Origin: Macrostomum lignano
Taxonomy: Eukaryota
NCBI GenBank assembly: GCA_002269645.1
Contig: NIVC01002277.1
Location: forward strand, 62,001 to 126,000
DNA: 64,000 bases
Direction: 5' to 3'
Made by a program: the position numbers and the translations under genes. Shown piece by piece: positions 1 to 10,400 of this stretch (its first letter is position 1; every line of letters starts with the position of its first letter). Under the pieces are notes generated by a model. The model did not search any database. It was not told where the DNA came from and was given only the letters and a program-made list of their open reading frames with translations.

Positions 1-114
1 GGTGGCTGTGGGGTGGCGGGGTTTGGAATGGGCAGGGAGGGAGACGGCTGCGGGATGGCGGGGTTCGGAATGGTACAGGGAGTGAGGGTCTGGAACGGGC
101 TTGCTTAGGCCTAG

Positions 115-792
115 ACTTGCTCAATGACTGCACTCTCTATACTCGTACCCACCAGTTGATGTCTTCCACTAACCGGGGCGGAAACTTCACCCAACAAGTT
201 CGCCTAGTCTATGCAGTCCGACTCGACGGTGCCTACGTTTCAGCCACCCGATGCGCAGCTTTGATCAACAAGCGTATCACAGCCGATAGGGCCTCCCAAC
301 TGCTGGGCTATAGGGTTTATCTGCCAATTGCGACAGGTGAGTGAGTGACTGTAATCTTATTGTCCCTAATCCATCCATAGAGTACATTAGTTCGCTTGCT
401 ATCCTGCAGCTGTGCTTGCCGAGTCGTCCTCGACGATAAACAGCGCCGGCGAGACTGCTGGCTCGCACTGGCTTCAGCTGGCCATCGCTGTTGCCGGCGC
501 GTCCGGCTTCGTCGCTGTCGCTGTCTGCCTCGTCGCCTCGTCTGTGCTGGCGTTGTACTTCGGCTGTCGACGACTGCGACAGAGCCAGTACGACGGCAGT
601 CGACGGCGAGGATCAAATTGCCAGCGACGTCAGCGTCGTCGGCAGCGGAGACGGCAGCGTCGCCGGCAAGGCCCCGGCTGGTCGTCGGGCTACGACGGCG
701 GATCTGCCGAGGACGACGACGATGACGACAGCGAGGACGAAGTGCGGATGCCGGCGGGGTCGACCTGGCCAGTGCTGGCGCACATGCGAGCG
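115..792 (+). CDS. KIAA1549/UPF0606-like type I membrane protein: juxtamembrane and TM exons (5' part outside the window)
   Basis: Exon about 115-336 (donor GTGAGT at 337, phase 1) joins exon 410-792 (acceptor ATCCTGCAG) in frame. Product: ...VRLVYAVRLDGAYVSATRCAALINKRITADRASQLLGYRVYLPIATAVLAES...HWLQLAIAVAGASGFVAVAVCLVASSVLALYFGCRR, then a basic and acidic tail. The segment LVY.V...A...A.LIN......A..LLGYRV before a W-initiated TM recalls KIAA1549/KIAA1549L (from memory). The ORF stops at 796-798, but GTATGA at 793 is a plausible phase-0 donor. The exon start could be 109 or 115. Confidence 0.55.
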
Positions 793-890
793 GTATGATG
801 ACGTCATCAGACTTAGTAGTACAGTAAAGCACTGTCAGGCGAAGCTCCAGTTAAAAAGCCTGTTTTGGTGTAGTTGGCTGTCGTTCGAGT

Positions 891-1045
891 CACAGCCATG
901 AGGGCCAACCTCCAAGGCACAGAGAGTGTACATGCCTGACGATTAGAAATTCAAAGTGCCAATGTACACCCTGTGTGAGCGTGTTTGAGTGCGTGCCCGC
1001 GTACAGTATTGGCTCGCTTGCATTGTGCTCAGGGGTCAGCGGAAA
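891..1045 (+). mobile_element. Unclassified dispersed hairpin-forming element, copy A
   Basis: CACAGCCATG...AAGGCACAGAGAGTGTACATGCCTGACGATTAGAAA...TGTACACCCTGTGTGAGCG...ATTGGCTCGCTTGCATTGTGCTCAGG.GTCAGCGGAA. The same sequence recurs at about 17.4-17.7, 25.6, 44.0-44.4, 55.2 and 57.0 kb. Confidence 0.75.
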
Positions 1046-1689
1046 TCATTGCTTTTTTGGCTCTCGTAGGCAGTCAAGCTGATCAATCAAAACTTTTCAC
1101 GCCAAGTTTAAAGCTTCGCCGCCAAGAATCGATCCCGGGACCTATGTAGGTGAGGATTTCCGGGATGAAGTCCCCTCAAAAGAAAGTGTAAAAAATCACT
1201 GAAATATTAATGGTACGGAGATCCTTGCTGCACTCTTCTGCTGTATCTTTCCAGTTCTACTAAAAGAAGACGGAGAGAGCCAAACCAGAAGCCACAGGAT
1301 GCCCGCCATCGGGTGCTTTCAGCTCGTGTTCCCCTCTGGATTTGTGGATTTAATCCCGCCCTGGGGGGACTAGAAAAATGGTTCCGCTTTATCCCCAAGC
1401 GGCACTGTAAACGCGCGGTGGAGAAAAGAATTTTCCCAAAACCATTTTCTTTCTCGTTTTCTCTCGCGGGACCCGAAAGATTTGTGAAATCCCCCACTCT
1501 GATCCACGGCTGCCAAGCGCTCGGGGATGCCTCGGTCGATTCGTTTCTCGGTTGCCTCGACAGGGCGAAGGTGTTCAATGGACCTTTAGATACTTTTTGA
1601 TAATCCTTAGAAGCATTGGGAAGAAACTATTGCCTCTGGGAGTTGGAATTTTCAGTATCGGTTAGTTATCGTGTCACTCTTGTGCCAGT

Positions 1690-2290
1690 GGTCCTGGTTT
1701 CGATTCCTTGCCACTCTGGCCGCAGGCACTTTTTAGAGTCACTAGCATCCTTGAGGTCCCGATCCTTGGGGTTCGATTCCTTCCTAGTGTGGCCATTGGT
1801 ACTCTCGAAGTCCCTTGCGACCATGAGGTCCCGGGTTCGAATCCTTCCCACTGCAGACATTGGTAGATACTCTCGGAGTCACTAGCGACCATGAGGTCCC
1901 GGGTTCGATTCCTTCCCACTGCAGCCATTTGGTACTCTTGGAGTCACTAGCGACTATGAAGTCCCGGGTTCGAATCCTTCCCAGTGTAGCCATTGGTACT
2001 CTCAGAGTCACTAGCGAGTATGAAGTCCCGGGTTCGATTCCTTCCCACTGCAGACATTGGTACTCTCAGAGTCACTAGCGACCATGAGGTCCCGGGTTCG
2101 AATCCTTCCCAGTGTAGTCATTGGTACTCTCAGAGTCACTAGCGACCATGGGGTCCTGGGTTCGAATCCTTCCCAGTGTAGTCATTGGTACTCTCAGAGT
2201 CACTAGCGACCGTGAGGTCCCAGGTTCGTATCCTTCCCAGTGTAGTCATTGGTACTCTCGGAGTCACTAGCGACTATGGTTGGATTCCTA
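1690..2290 (+). repeat. Tandem array of a 64-bp tRNA-derived unit (about 9 copies) with A-box-like and B-box motifs
   Basis: Unit CCCAGTGTAGTCATTGGTACTCTCAGAGTCACTAGCGACCATGAGGTCCCGGGTTCGAATCCTT. CTTCCC recurs at 2041, 2105 and 2169. Most units carry GGTTCGA(A/T)TCC. Confidence 0.85.
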
Positions 2291-2996
2291 TCGCTGTTTA
2301 CTCAAATAAGTTCAACTTCAAACAGTTTATTGGGATTCTTAGATTACAAGGACGAAAAATCAGTCTCGCAAGGAGCTATTAGTGCTATCTCTACCTGTGC
2401 TACCTGCCTCAGCCTTATCTGTGTTTGCCCTGGGCACGTATAAACAGAGATAGGTGGGGGGGGGTTGCAGAGAACTACAGGCTTCTCTTTCTTGGCTTCC
2501 TCGCATCCATCAGGGATATTGGCAGTGCCATACACATTCCATCTTTTCTCCCCAATTCCAACGGGTTGGCTTCGCAACAATGAGCGCGTACGTCTCTCCC
2601 TCCCCCTGTGACCTCACCAGCCTGACCTTGACTCAATTCACCCAGTCCACATCGGCCCCTCCTTCCCAGCTCCCTTCATTGCCAATTCAGCTGCTGCTGC
2701 TGATGCAGAATTTCCCCTCTCCCATAGGACTCTCCTCTTCTAACAGTTGAGCAGTTGATGGGCTCAACGCACGACACCTACTCACTGTGTGAGTTCAGTG
2801 AGTCAGTGAGTCATAGCGGTTGTCCACTGCGCACGTGCCAGTTGAGCACAGTGTTTGAGCTTGGATTCTTTGACAGTTTGGAGTAAAAAAGAGAGAGGCT
2901 GCTTCAAAATTTTCATGTCTTTGTTCTCTGGATAAAATGCCTTTGTTTTTAAGTAGACAACTTTCTTACTGAGCCATGCATAGTCAGTCTTTTGTT

Positions 2997-4936
2997 GTCT
3001 GTCACTGAGTGTCTGTCACTGAGAGTCCGTCCCTGAGTGTCTGTCCTTGAGTGTCTGTCACTGACAGTCCGTCACTGAGAGTCCGTCAGTAATTGCCTGT
3101 CACTGAGTGTCTGTCCTTGAGTGTCTGTCACTGACAGTCCGTCACTGAGAGTCCATCCCTGAGTGTCTGTCCTTGAGTGTTTGTCACTGACAGTCCGTCA
3201 CTGAGAGTCCGTCACTGAGTGTCTGTCACTGAGTGTCTGTCACTGAGAGTCCGTCCCTGAGTGTCTGTCCTTGAGTGTCTGTCACTGACAGTCCGTCACT
3301 GAGAGTCCGTCACTGAGTGTCTGTCACTGAGTGTCTGTCACTGAGAGTCCGTCCCTGAGTGTCTGTCCTTGAGTGTCTGTCACTGACAGTCCGTCACTGA
3401 GAGTCCGTCACTGAGTGTCTGTCACTGAGTGTCTGTCACTGAGAGTCCGTCCCTGAGTGTCTGTCCTTGAGTGTCTGTCACTGACAGTCCGTCACTGAGA
3501 GTCCGTCAGTAATTGCCTGTCACTGAGTGTCTGTCCTTGAGTGTCTGTCACTGACAGTCCGTCACTGAGAGTCCATCCCTGAGTGTCTGTCCTTGAGTGT
3601 TTGTCACTGACAGTCCGTCATTGAGAGTCCGTCACTGAGTGTCTGTCACTGAGTGTCTGTCACTGAGAGTCCGTCCCTGAGTGTCTGTCCTTGAGTGTCT
3701 GTCACTGACAGTCCGTCACTGAGAGTCCGTCAGTAATTGCCTGTCACTGAGTGTCTGTCCTTGAGTGTCTGTCACTGACAGTCCGTCACTGAGAGTCCAT
3801 CCCTGAGTGTCTGTCCTTGAGTGTTTGTCACTGACAGTCCGTCACTGAGAGTCCGTCACTGAGTGTCTGTCACTGAGTGTCTGTCACTGAGAGTCCGTCC
3901 CTGAGTGTCTGTCCTTGAGTGTCTGTCACTGACAGTCCGTCACTGAGAGTCCATCCCTGAGTGTCTGTCCTTGAGTGTTTGTCACTGACAGTCCGTCACT
4001 GAGAGTCCGTCACTGAGTGTCTGTCACTGAGTGTCTGTCACTGAGAGTCCGTCTCTGAGTGTCTGTCCTTGAGTGTCTGTCACTGAAAGTCCGTCACTGA
4101 GAGTCCGTCAGTAATTGCCTGTCACTGAGTGTCTGTCCTTGAGTGTCTGTCACTGACAGTCCGTCACTGATAGTCCGTCACTGAGTGTCTGTCACTGAGT
4201 GTCTGTCACTGAGAGTCCGTCCCTGAGTGTCTGTCCTTGAGTGTCTGTCACTGACAGTCCGTCACTGAGAGTCCGTCACTGAGTGTCTGTCACTGAGTGT
4301 CTGTCACTGAGAGTCCGTCCCTGAGTGTCTGTCCTTGAGTGTCTGTCACTGACAGTCCGTCACTGAGAGTCTGTCACTGAGTGTCTGTCACTGAGTGTCT
4401 GTCACTGAGAGTCCGTCCCTGAGTGTCTGTCCTTGAGTGTCTGTCACTGACAGTCCGTCACTGAGAGTCCGTCACTGAGTGTCTGTCACTGAGTGTCTGT
4501 CACTGAGAGTCCGTCCCTGAGTGTCTGTCCTTGAGTGTCTGTCACTGACAGTCCGTCACTGAGTGTCTGTCCTTGAGTGTCTGTCACTGACAGTCCGTCA
4601 CTGAGAGTCCGTCAGTAATTGCCTGTCACTGAGTGTCTGTCCTTGAGTGTCTGTCACTGACAGTCCGTCACTGAGAGTCCATCCCTGAGTGTCTGTCCTT
4701 GAGTGTTTGTCACTGAAAGTCCGTCACTGAGAGTCCGTCAGTAATTGCCTGTCACTGAGTGTCTGTCCTTGAGTGTCTGTCACTGACAGTCCGTCACTGA
4801 GAGTCCATCCCTGAGTGTCTGTCCTTGAGTGTTTGTCACTGACAGTCCGTCACTGAGAGTCCATCACTGAGTGTCTGTCAATGAGTGCCTGTCACTAGTT
4901 GTCGTGTCACTAATTGTCTGTCACTGTCTGTCACTA
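2997..4936. repeat. 14-bp minisatellite (GTCACTGAGTGTCT and variants) with higher-order periodicity
   Basis: Direct reading. Variants GTCACTGAGAGTCC, GTCCTTGAGTGTCT, GTCACTGACAGTCC and GTCAGTAATTGCCT recur in ordered blocks. Confidence 0.95.
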
Positions 4937-5434
4937 GCTTAACTATCGGTGACTTCCACTGAGTGCCCCTGCTGCTCCCTTATTATCCCTCACTGAGTCC
5001 TTCACTCCTTGAGCTTCCACAACTACTCCGCTCGTAAAGCAGCCCAGGTAAAAAAGACTTGGCATTGAGAAGCCTCCAATTAATGTTTGCTAAACTCAAC
5101 GCTTAACCAGGGCGTACAAGGGTAACTGAGCCGTGAAATTTGAACTAGCAAACACGCTTAGGCTTCGAGGCAGCTTAATTTTGTCAGAAAAAAGTCTCTC
5201 TTCTCCTTCGAGAGAGAATCAACACACGCCGCACAGAGGGAGGCGAGAGAGAAATGCGCAGTCCTGAACTTTATTGTGTAGCAAATAGACGCGGAACTAA
5301 CTGCAGTCTTTTCTTCGAACTGACTTCGTTTACCTTTGCCCGTTGCCGTGTGAAAACTGGGCTCAGAGCCTACCCACTCGTTCTCCGTGGGCTCGCTCAA
5401 CCGCGGCAACTGTGGGCTGCGGGCCTCTCTCTGC

Positions 5435-6178
5435 CAGGGGTCGGCAAGGCCCGCAGGGCCTCTCTATTCGGCCCTCGGGTTCTTTGAAACTTCACAACAT
5501 CTCTCTCATCTCGTCTCATCTCTTTTTTCTACTCTCCCTCTACATTCTCTTCTCTCTCCGCTCTCCTCTCCTCTCCTCTCCTCTCCTCTCCTCTCCTCTC
5601 CTCTCCTCTCCTATCCTCTCCTCTCATCTCCTCTCCTCTCCTCTCCTCTCCTCTCCTCTCCTCTCCTCTCCTCTCCTCTCCTCTCCTCTCCTCTCCCTCT
5701 ACATTCTCTTCTCTCTCCGCTCTCCTCTCCTCTCCTATCCTCTCCTCTCCTCTCCTCTTATCTCCTCTTCTCTCCTCTCCATTCCTCTCCTCTCTTCTCC
5801 TCTCCTCTCCTCTCCTCTCCTCTCCTCTCCTCTCCTCTCCTCTCCTCTCCTCTCCTCTCCTCTCCTCTTCTCTCCTTTCCTCTCCTCTCCTCTCCTCTCC
5901 TTTCCTCTCTTCTCCTCTCCTCTTTTTTCCTCTCCTCTCCTCTCCTCTCCTCTCCTCTCCTCTCCTCTCCTCTCCTCTCCTCTCCTCTCCTCTCCTCTCC
6001 TCTCCTCCCCTACCTTCTCCTCTTCTCTCCTCTCTTTTCTTTTATTCTCTCTCCTCTTCTTTCTCATATCTCTTCTTTTTCCCTTTCCATCTCCTCTCGC
6101 CCCTCCTCTGGCCCGCAGCCATGCGCTTTAGGTTCTCTACTATCTGGCCCTCAAGGCAAAAAAATTTGCCTACCTCTG
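5435..6178. mobile_element. Non-autonomous hAT (Charlie-like) MITE with an internal (CTCTC)n expansion
   Basis: Left TIR CAGGGGTCGGCAA (5435-5447) and right TIR TTGCCTACCTCTG (6166-6178, reverse complement CAGAGGTAGGCAA). Subterminal GGCCC motifs at both ends. Degenerate 8-bp flanks CTCTCTGC / CTCTAATC. Confidence 0.65.
5510..6090. repeat. (CTCTC)n pentanucleotide repeat
   Basis: Direct reading; explains the PLLSS/EERRG ORFs. Confidence 0.95.
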
Positions 6179-6631
6179 CTCTAATCTCAAGAGCTGCGAG
6201 TGTAGATACACTTTCAAATTCCACACGCCTTTCTCTTCGGCAGCTGTTTCAAGGTGGCCTCCAGGGTGCCTAAAGCAAAAGCAATCCTTGCCAAACTGGC
6301 CAATGCTCAGGCAGACTGCAGTCAGCCTAAAGTTGTCTGAACACAGGATTTGCCAGTCCACTCTGGCTGTAAGGCCTCCTCGAGCTATTATACGGAGGAC
6401 AAAACGAGCCTGTAAGTTTTGAGAGGCTCGCCACCTTCTTGCACACGGCATGTCAGGTGAAGCGAAATTGAGCAAAGGAAATTTACCCCATCGTCTCTGG
6501 GGGTGAGGTGGGGGGGAGAGAAGGTCGAGCCGACTCGGAGCAGGGAAAGAAAAGTAGAATTAAATCGATCAGTGACAGCCTAGGAGTGGGTGATTTTATT
6601 GGGCTAGTAAAAGGTGCCAGGTATTGTATGG

Positions 6632-6776
<145 letters not shown>

Positions 6777-6904
6777 GTGTCGAGTGGTGACGCACTCCGC
6801 AACTCTCTGTCCCAAGTGCTCACCTTCCTGGCGACAGCCATGTGAGTGGGCCCGTATGCGCCTAAATTAGATACTTTTTTATTTTCCAGGAACCGATAAC
6901 AGGG

Positions 6905-7320
6905 AACGCTAGGATCTCTAGACTGAATCGGGATCTCTAGAGAGATTAGAGATCTCAAGAGGGGTTCGGTCAGATCTCTCGGCACTCGGATCTCTAGAGA
7001 TGGGCACTAAGACCTCTAGAGGGATTCGGGATCTCTAAAGGGAATACTGGGATCTCTAGAGGGAATCAGGATTTCTAGGGGGGGCACTAGGATCTAGAGG
7101 AGGAGGACACTAGGATCTCTATAGGAAATCGGAATCTCTATAGGGAATCGGAATCTCTATAGGGAATCGGGATCTCTATAGGGAATCGGGATCTCTATAG
7201 GGAATCGGGATCTCTATAGGGAATCGGGATCTCTATAGGGAATCGGGATCTCTATAGGGAATCGGGATCTCTATAGGGAATCGGGATTTCTAGGCGGGTG
7301 GGGCACTAGGATCTCTAAAC
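6905..7320. repeat. 19-bp minisatellite (GGGATCTCTATAGGGAATC) with degenerate flanks
   Basis: Near-perfect core at about 7110-7290. Confidence 0.9.
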
Positions 7321-7419
7321 GCAAACAGGGATTCTGGAGTCTGGGAACTGGGGTCTCTAGACTTGATGGTCACTGATACTGGTATTATTTTCTTTTGTTC
7401 TGCCACCCACAGTTTCCAG

Positions 7420-10400
7420 CAGGTCAGATTCGAACCCCAACCCTCGCTCCCAACCCCCCCCCCCGCACGCGATCGGCAGAATCCGAAGATCAGCTACAGC
7501 GCAGCCGGCATCGAGGCCATCGCCGATCAGGTCACCAGGCGGCTTGAGGCGCACATGTGCGAACTGGTGCTCGGCTGGCACAACCAGCAGCACCAGCCGC
7601 AGCACCAGTCAACTCCAACAACTTCGGCTCCAAGTTCGAGTCCAGTTGAACAGTCAAACAGCACCGAAGCAGCATCGGCAGCAGCAGCTCTGGAGGAACA
7701 AGTGCAGCTGCGCCGGTGTCCTCAGATGAACTCTGCCGCTACCAACGGACCGAATGGTAAGTAAAGATCAGGGTGTAGGCGGAGAGAGGGGCAGACGGAC
7801 TGTGGGAGAATCTCTGGCTCTCATAGAGTGGGATTTGGGCGAATTCCGATTGCACTTGAAAGGCGGTGGCAACAGGGCGTCTGGACAGAGAAAATGACTG
7901 TCTTTACCCCTCCGCCCTGCTGTGTTTGCCTGTTCCCCACAGTTTTTGTTGTTGGGTAGCAGTTTTAGGTTGGTAAGTAGCGGCTTGTCCAACTATGCAA
8001 GCTATTAAAGCTGCAAGGATTCTGCAGTCTGTTCATCCTCGCATCCAACCTCCCTTGCTTTTCTAGATCACCCGCTTGAGCCGGGCAGGAGCAGCGGCAG
8101 GCGGCACAGCGTGAGCTCGAATTTGAATTTAGCTAGATTGATTTCTTGTAATCGGTAGTGATTTCTTTCTTAGAAAAACAAGTTTTGGTTGCTTGGAATT
8201 TGAATAGATTTTGTTAGAACTGTAGAAAAATATCAATTTTAGCATAGATTTTATATAATTGATTTCTAGGAATGGGTAGAGATTTCTTAGCATTGATTTC
8301 TTGGAATGGCTAAAGATTTCTAAGAATTGATTTCTTGGAATGGGTAGAGATTTATTAGAATTGATTTCTTAGAATGGGTAGAGATTTTTTAGGATTGATT
8401 TCTTGGAATGGGTAGAGATTTCTAAGAATTGATTTCTTGGAATGGGTAGAGATTTATTAGAATTGATTTCTAGGAATGGGTAGAGATTTCTTAGAATTGA
8501 TTTCTTGGAATGGGTAGAGATTTTTTAGGATTGATTTCTTGGAATGGGTAGAGATTTCTAAGAATTGATTTCTTGGAATGGGTAGAGATTTATTAGAATT
8601 GATTTCTAGGAATGGGTAGAGATTTCTAAGAATTGATTTCTTGGAATGGGTAGAGATTTATTAGAATTGATTTCTAGGGATGGGTAGAGATTTCTTAGAA
8701 TTGATTTCTTGGAATGGCTAAAGATTTCTAAGAATTGATTTCTTGGAATGGGTAGAGGTTTCTTAGAATTGATTTCTTGGAATGGGTAGAGATTTTTTAG
8801 GATTGATTTCTTGGAATGGGTAGAGATTTCTAAGAATTGATTTCTTGGAATGGGTAGAGATTTATTAGAATTGATTTCTTGGAATGGGTAGAGATTTCTA
8901 AGAATTGATTTCTTGGAATGGGTAGAGATTTATTAGAATTGATTTCTAGGAATGGGTAGAGATTTCTTAGAATTGATTTCTTGGAATGGGTAGAGACTTC
9001 TTAGGATTGATTTCTTGGACTGGGTAGAGATTTCTTAGAGTTGATTTCTTGGAATGGGTAGAGATTTCTTAGAATTGATTTCTTAGAATGGGTCAGAGAT
9101 TTCTTACTCGTAGAATTGATTTCTTGGAATGATTAGAGCTTTCTCAGAATTGATTTCTTAGAATGGGCATATTTTTTACGAATTCATTCCTCGAATCGTC
9201 ATCTATTTTTCAGAATTTGTTGGAATTAGTAAAATAATTCTTTCCTATGGCATAAATCAAACTAATATTTCCAAACTGCTACTAATTTAGTGCAATTTAA
9301 ACTGGTTTCTTAAAATTCATATTGATTTCCGGGAATAGGAATTAAACTTTTCAAAAACAATAATGTTAAAATGTTTTGGTAGAATGGTGCGATTGCTACA
9401 ATTTATTATTGGTTTCTTGGAATTTTCCTTAATTCTGTTGTCATAGGCTCGAGCATTAATGCAGATCGCTCCGATTACCAACATGTGTATCGAAAAACGC
9501 TAAATAAGTTCCTGGAATATGGGAAAAATTTCCTAAACGAAATCTCAGAGCCCTTCTGCTGGGCGCTGAGTTAATGGAGTTTCCGCGCGATGGAGCTGGG
9601 AAGGAGAGGCTGGCTTGAAATTAGATTCGCCCTTATGAGCAGATAGGGAAGCCTGTCTATCCGTCATATTTCCTATTGCAAGCTGCTGGGACTCGATTCT
9701 GTGTCTAAAGTTCCACTAAGTGAATAGAGATTTTTATCCAGTTGCTGGCTGCAGTAACAGGAACGCGACTCAGGCAATTCTTGTGCCCTGTGCATATGGG
9801 TGAATATTTGCATCCATTAATGCTCGCATGTGTCTACTCACCTAGTTAAAGAACTAGTTAAAATAGAGCAAAACTCGCGGCCTAATTAATACCCGAGCTC
9901 TCGAACCTGGGAGCTAGATGACACCTGGAGCTCTCGAACCGGGGACCTATATGACAACTGGAGCTCTCGAATCCGGGACCTAGATGACACCTGAGCTCTC
10001 GAACCCGGGACCTATATGACAACTGGAGCTCTCGAACCCGGGACCTATATGACACATGGACCTCTCGAACCCGGGACCTAGATGACACATGGACCTCTCG
10101 AACCCGGGACCTAGATGACACATGGAGCTCTCGAACCCGGGACCTAGATGACACATGGAGCTCTCGAACCCGGGACCTAGATGACACATGGAGCTCTCGA
10201 ACCCGGGACCTATATGACACCTGAGCTCTCGAACCCGGGACCTAGATGACAGCTGAGCTCTCGAACCCGGGACCTAGATGACAGCTGAGCTCTCGAACCC
10301 GGGACCTAGATGACACCTGAGCTCTCGAACCCGGGACCTACATGACACATGGAGCTCTCGAACCTGGGACCTACATGACACATGGAGCTCTCGAACCCGG

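Noticed and set aside
930-990. Hammerhead ribozyme in the hairpin element (CTGACGA...GAAA)
   Set aside because: Only 3 nt separate CTGACGA and GAAA (no stem II), there is no U16.1/stem III pairing, and a CTGAC/GTCAG hairpin would sequester the core.
5343-6184. Long ORFs in (CTCTC)n and (CT)n
   Set aside because: They are simple-repeat translations inside a MITE and intron.
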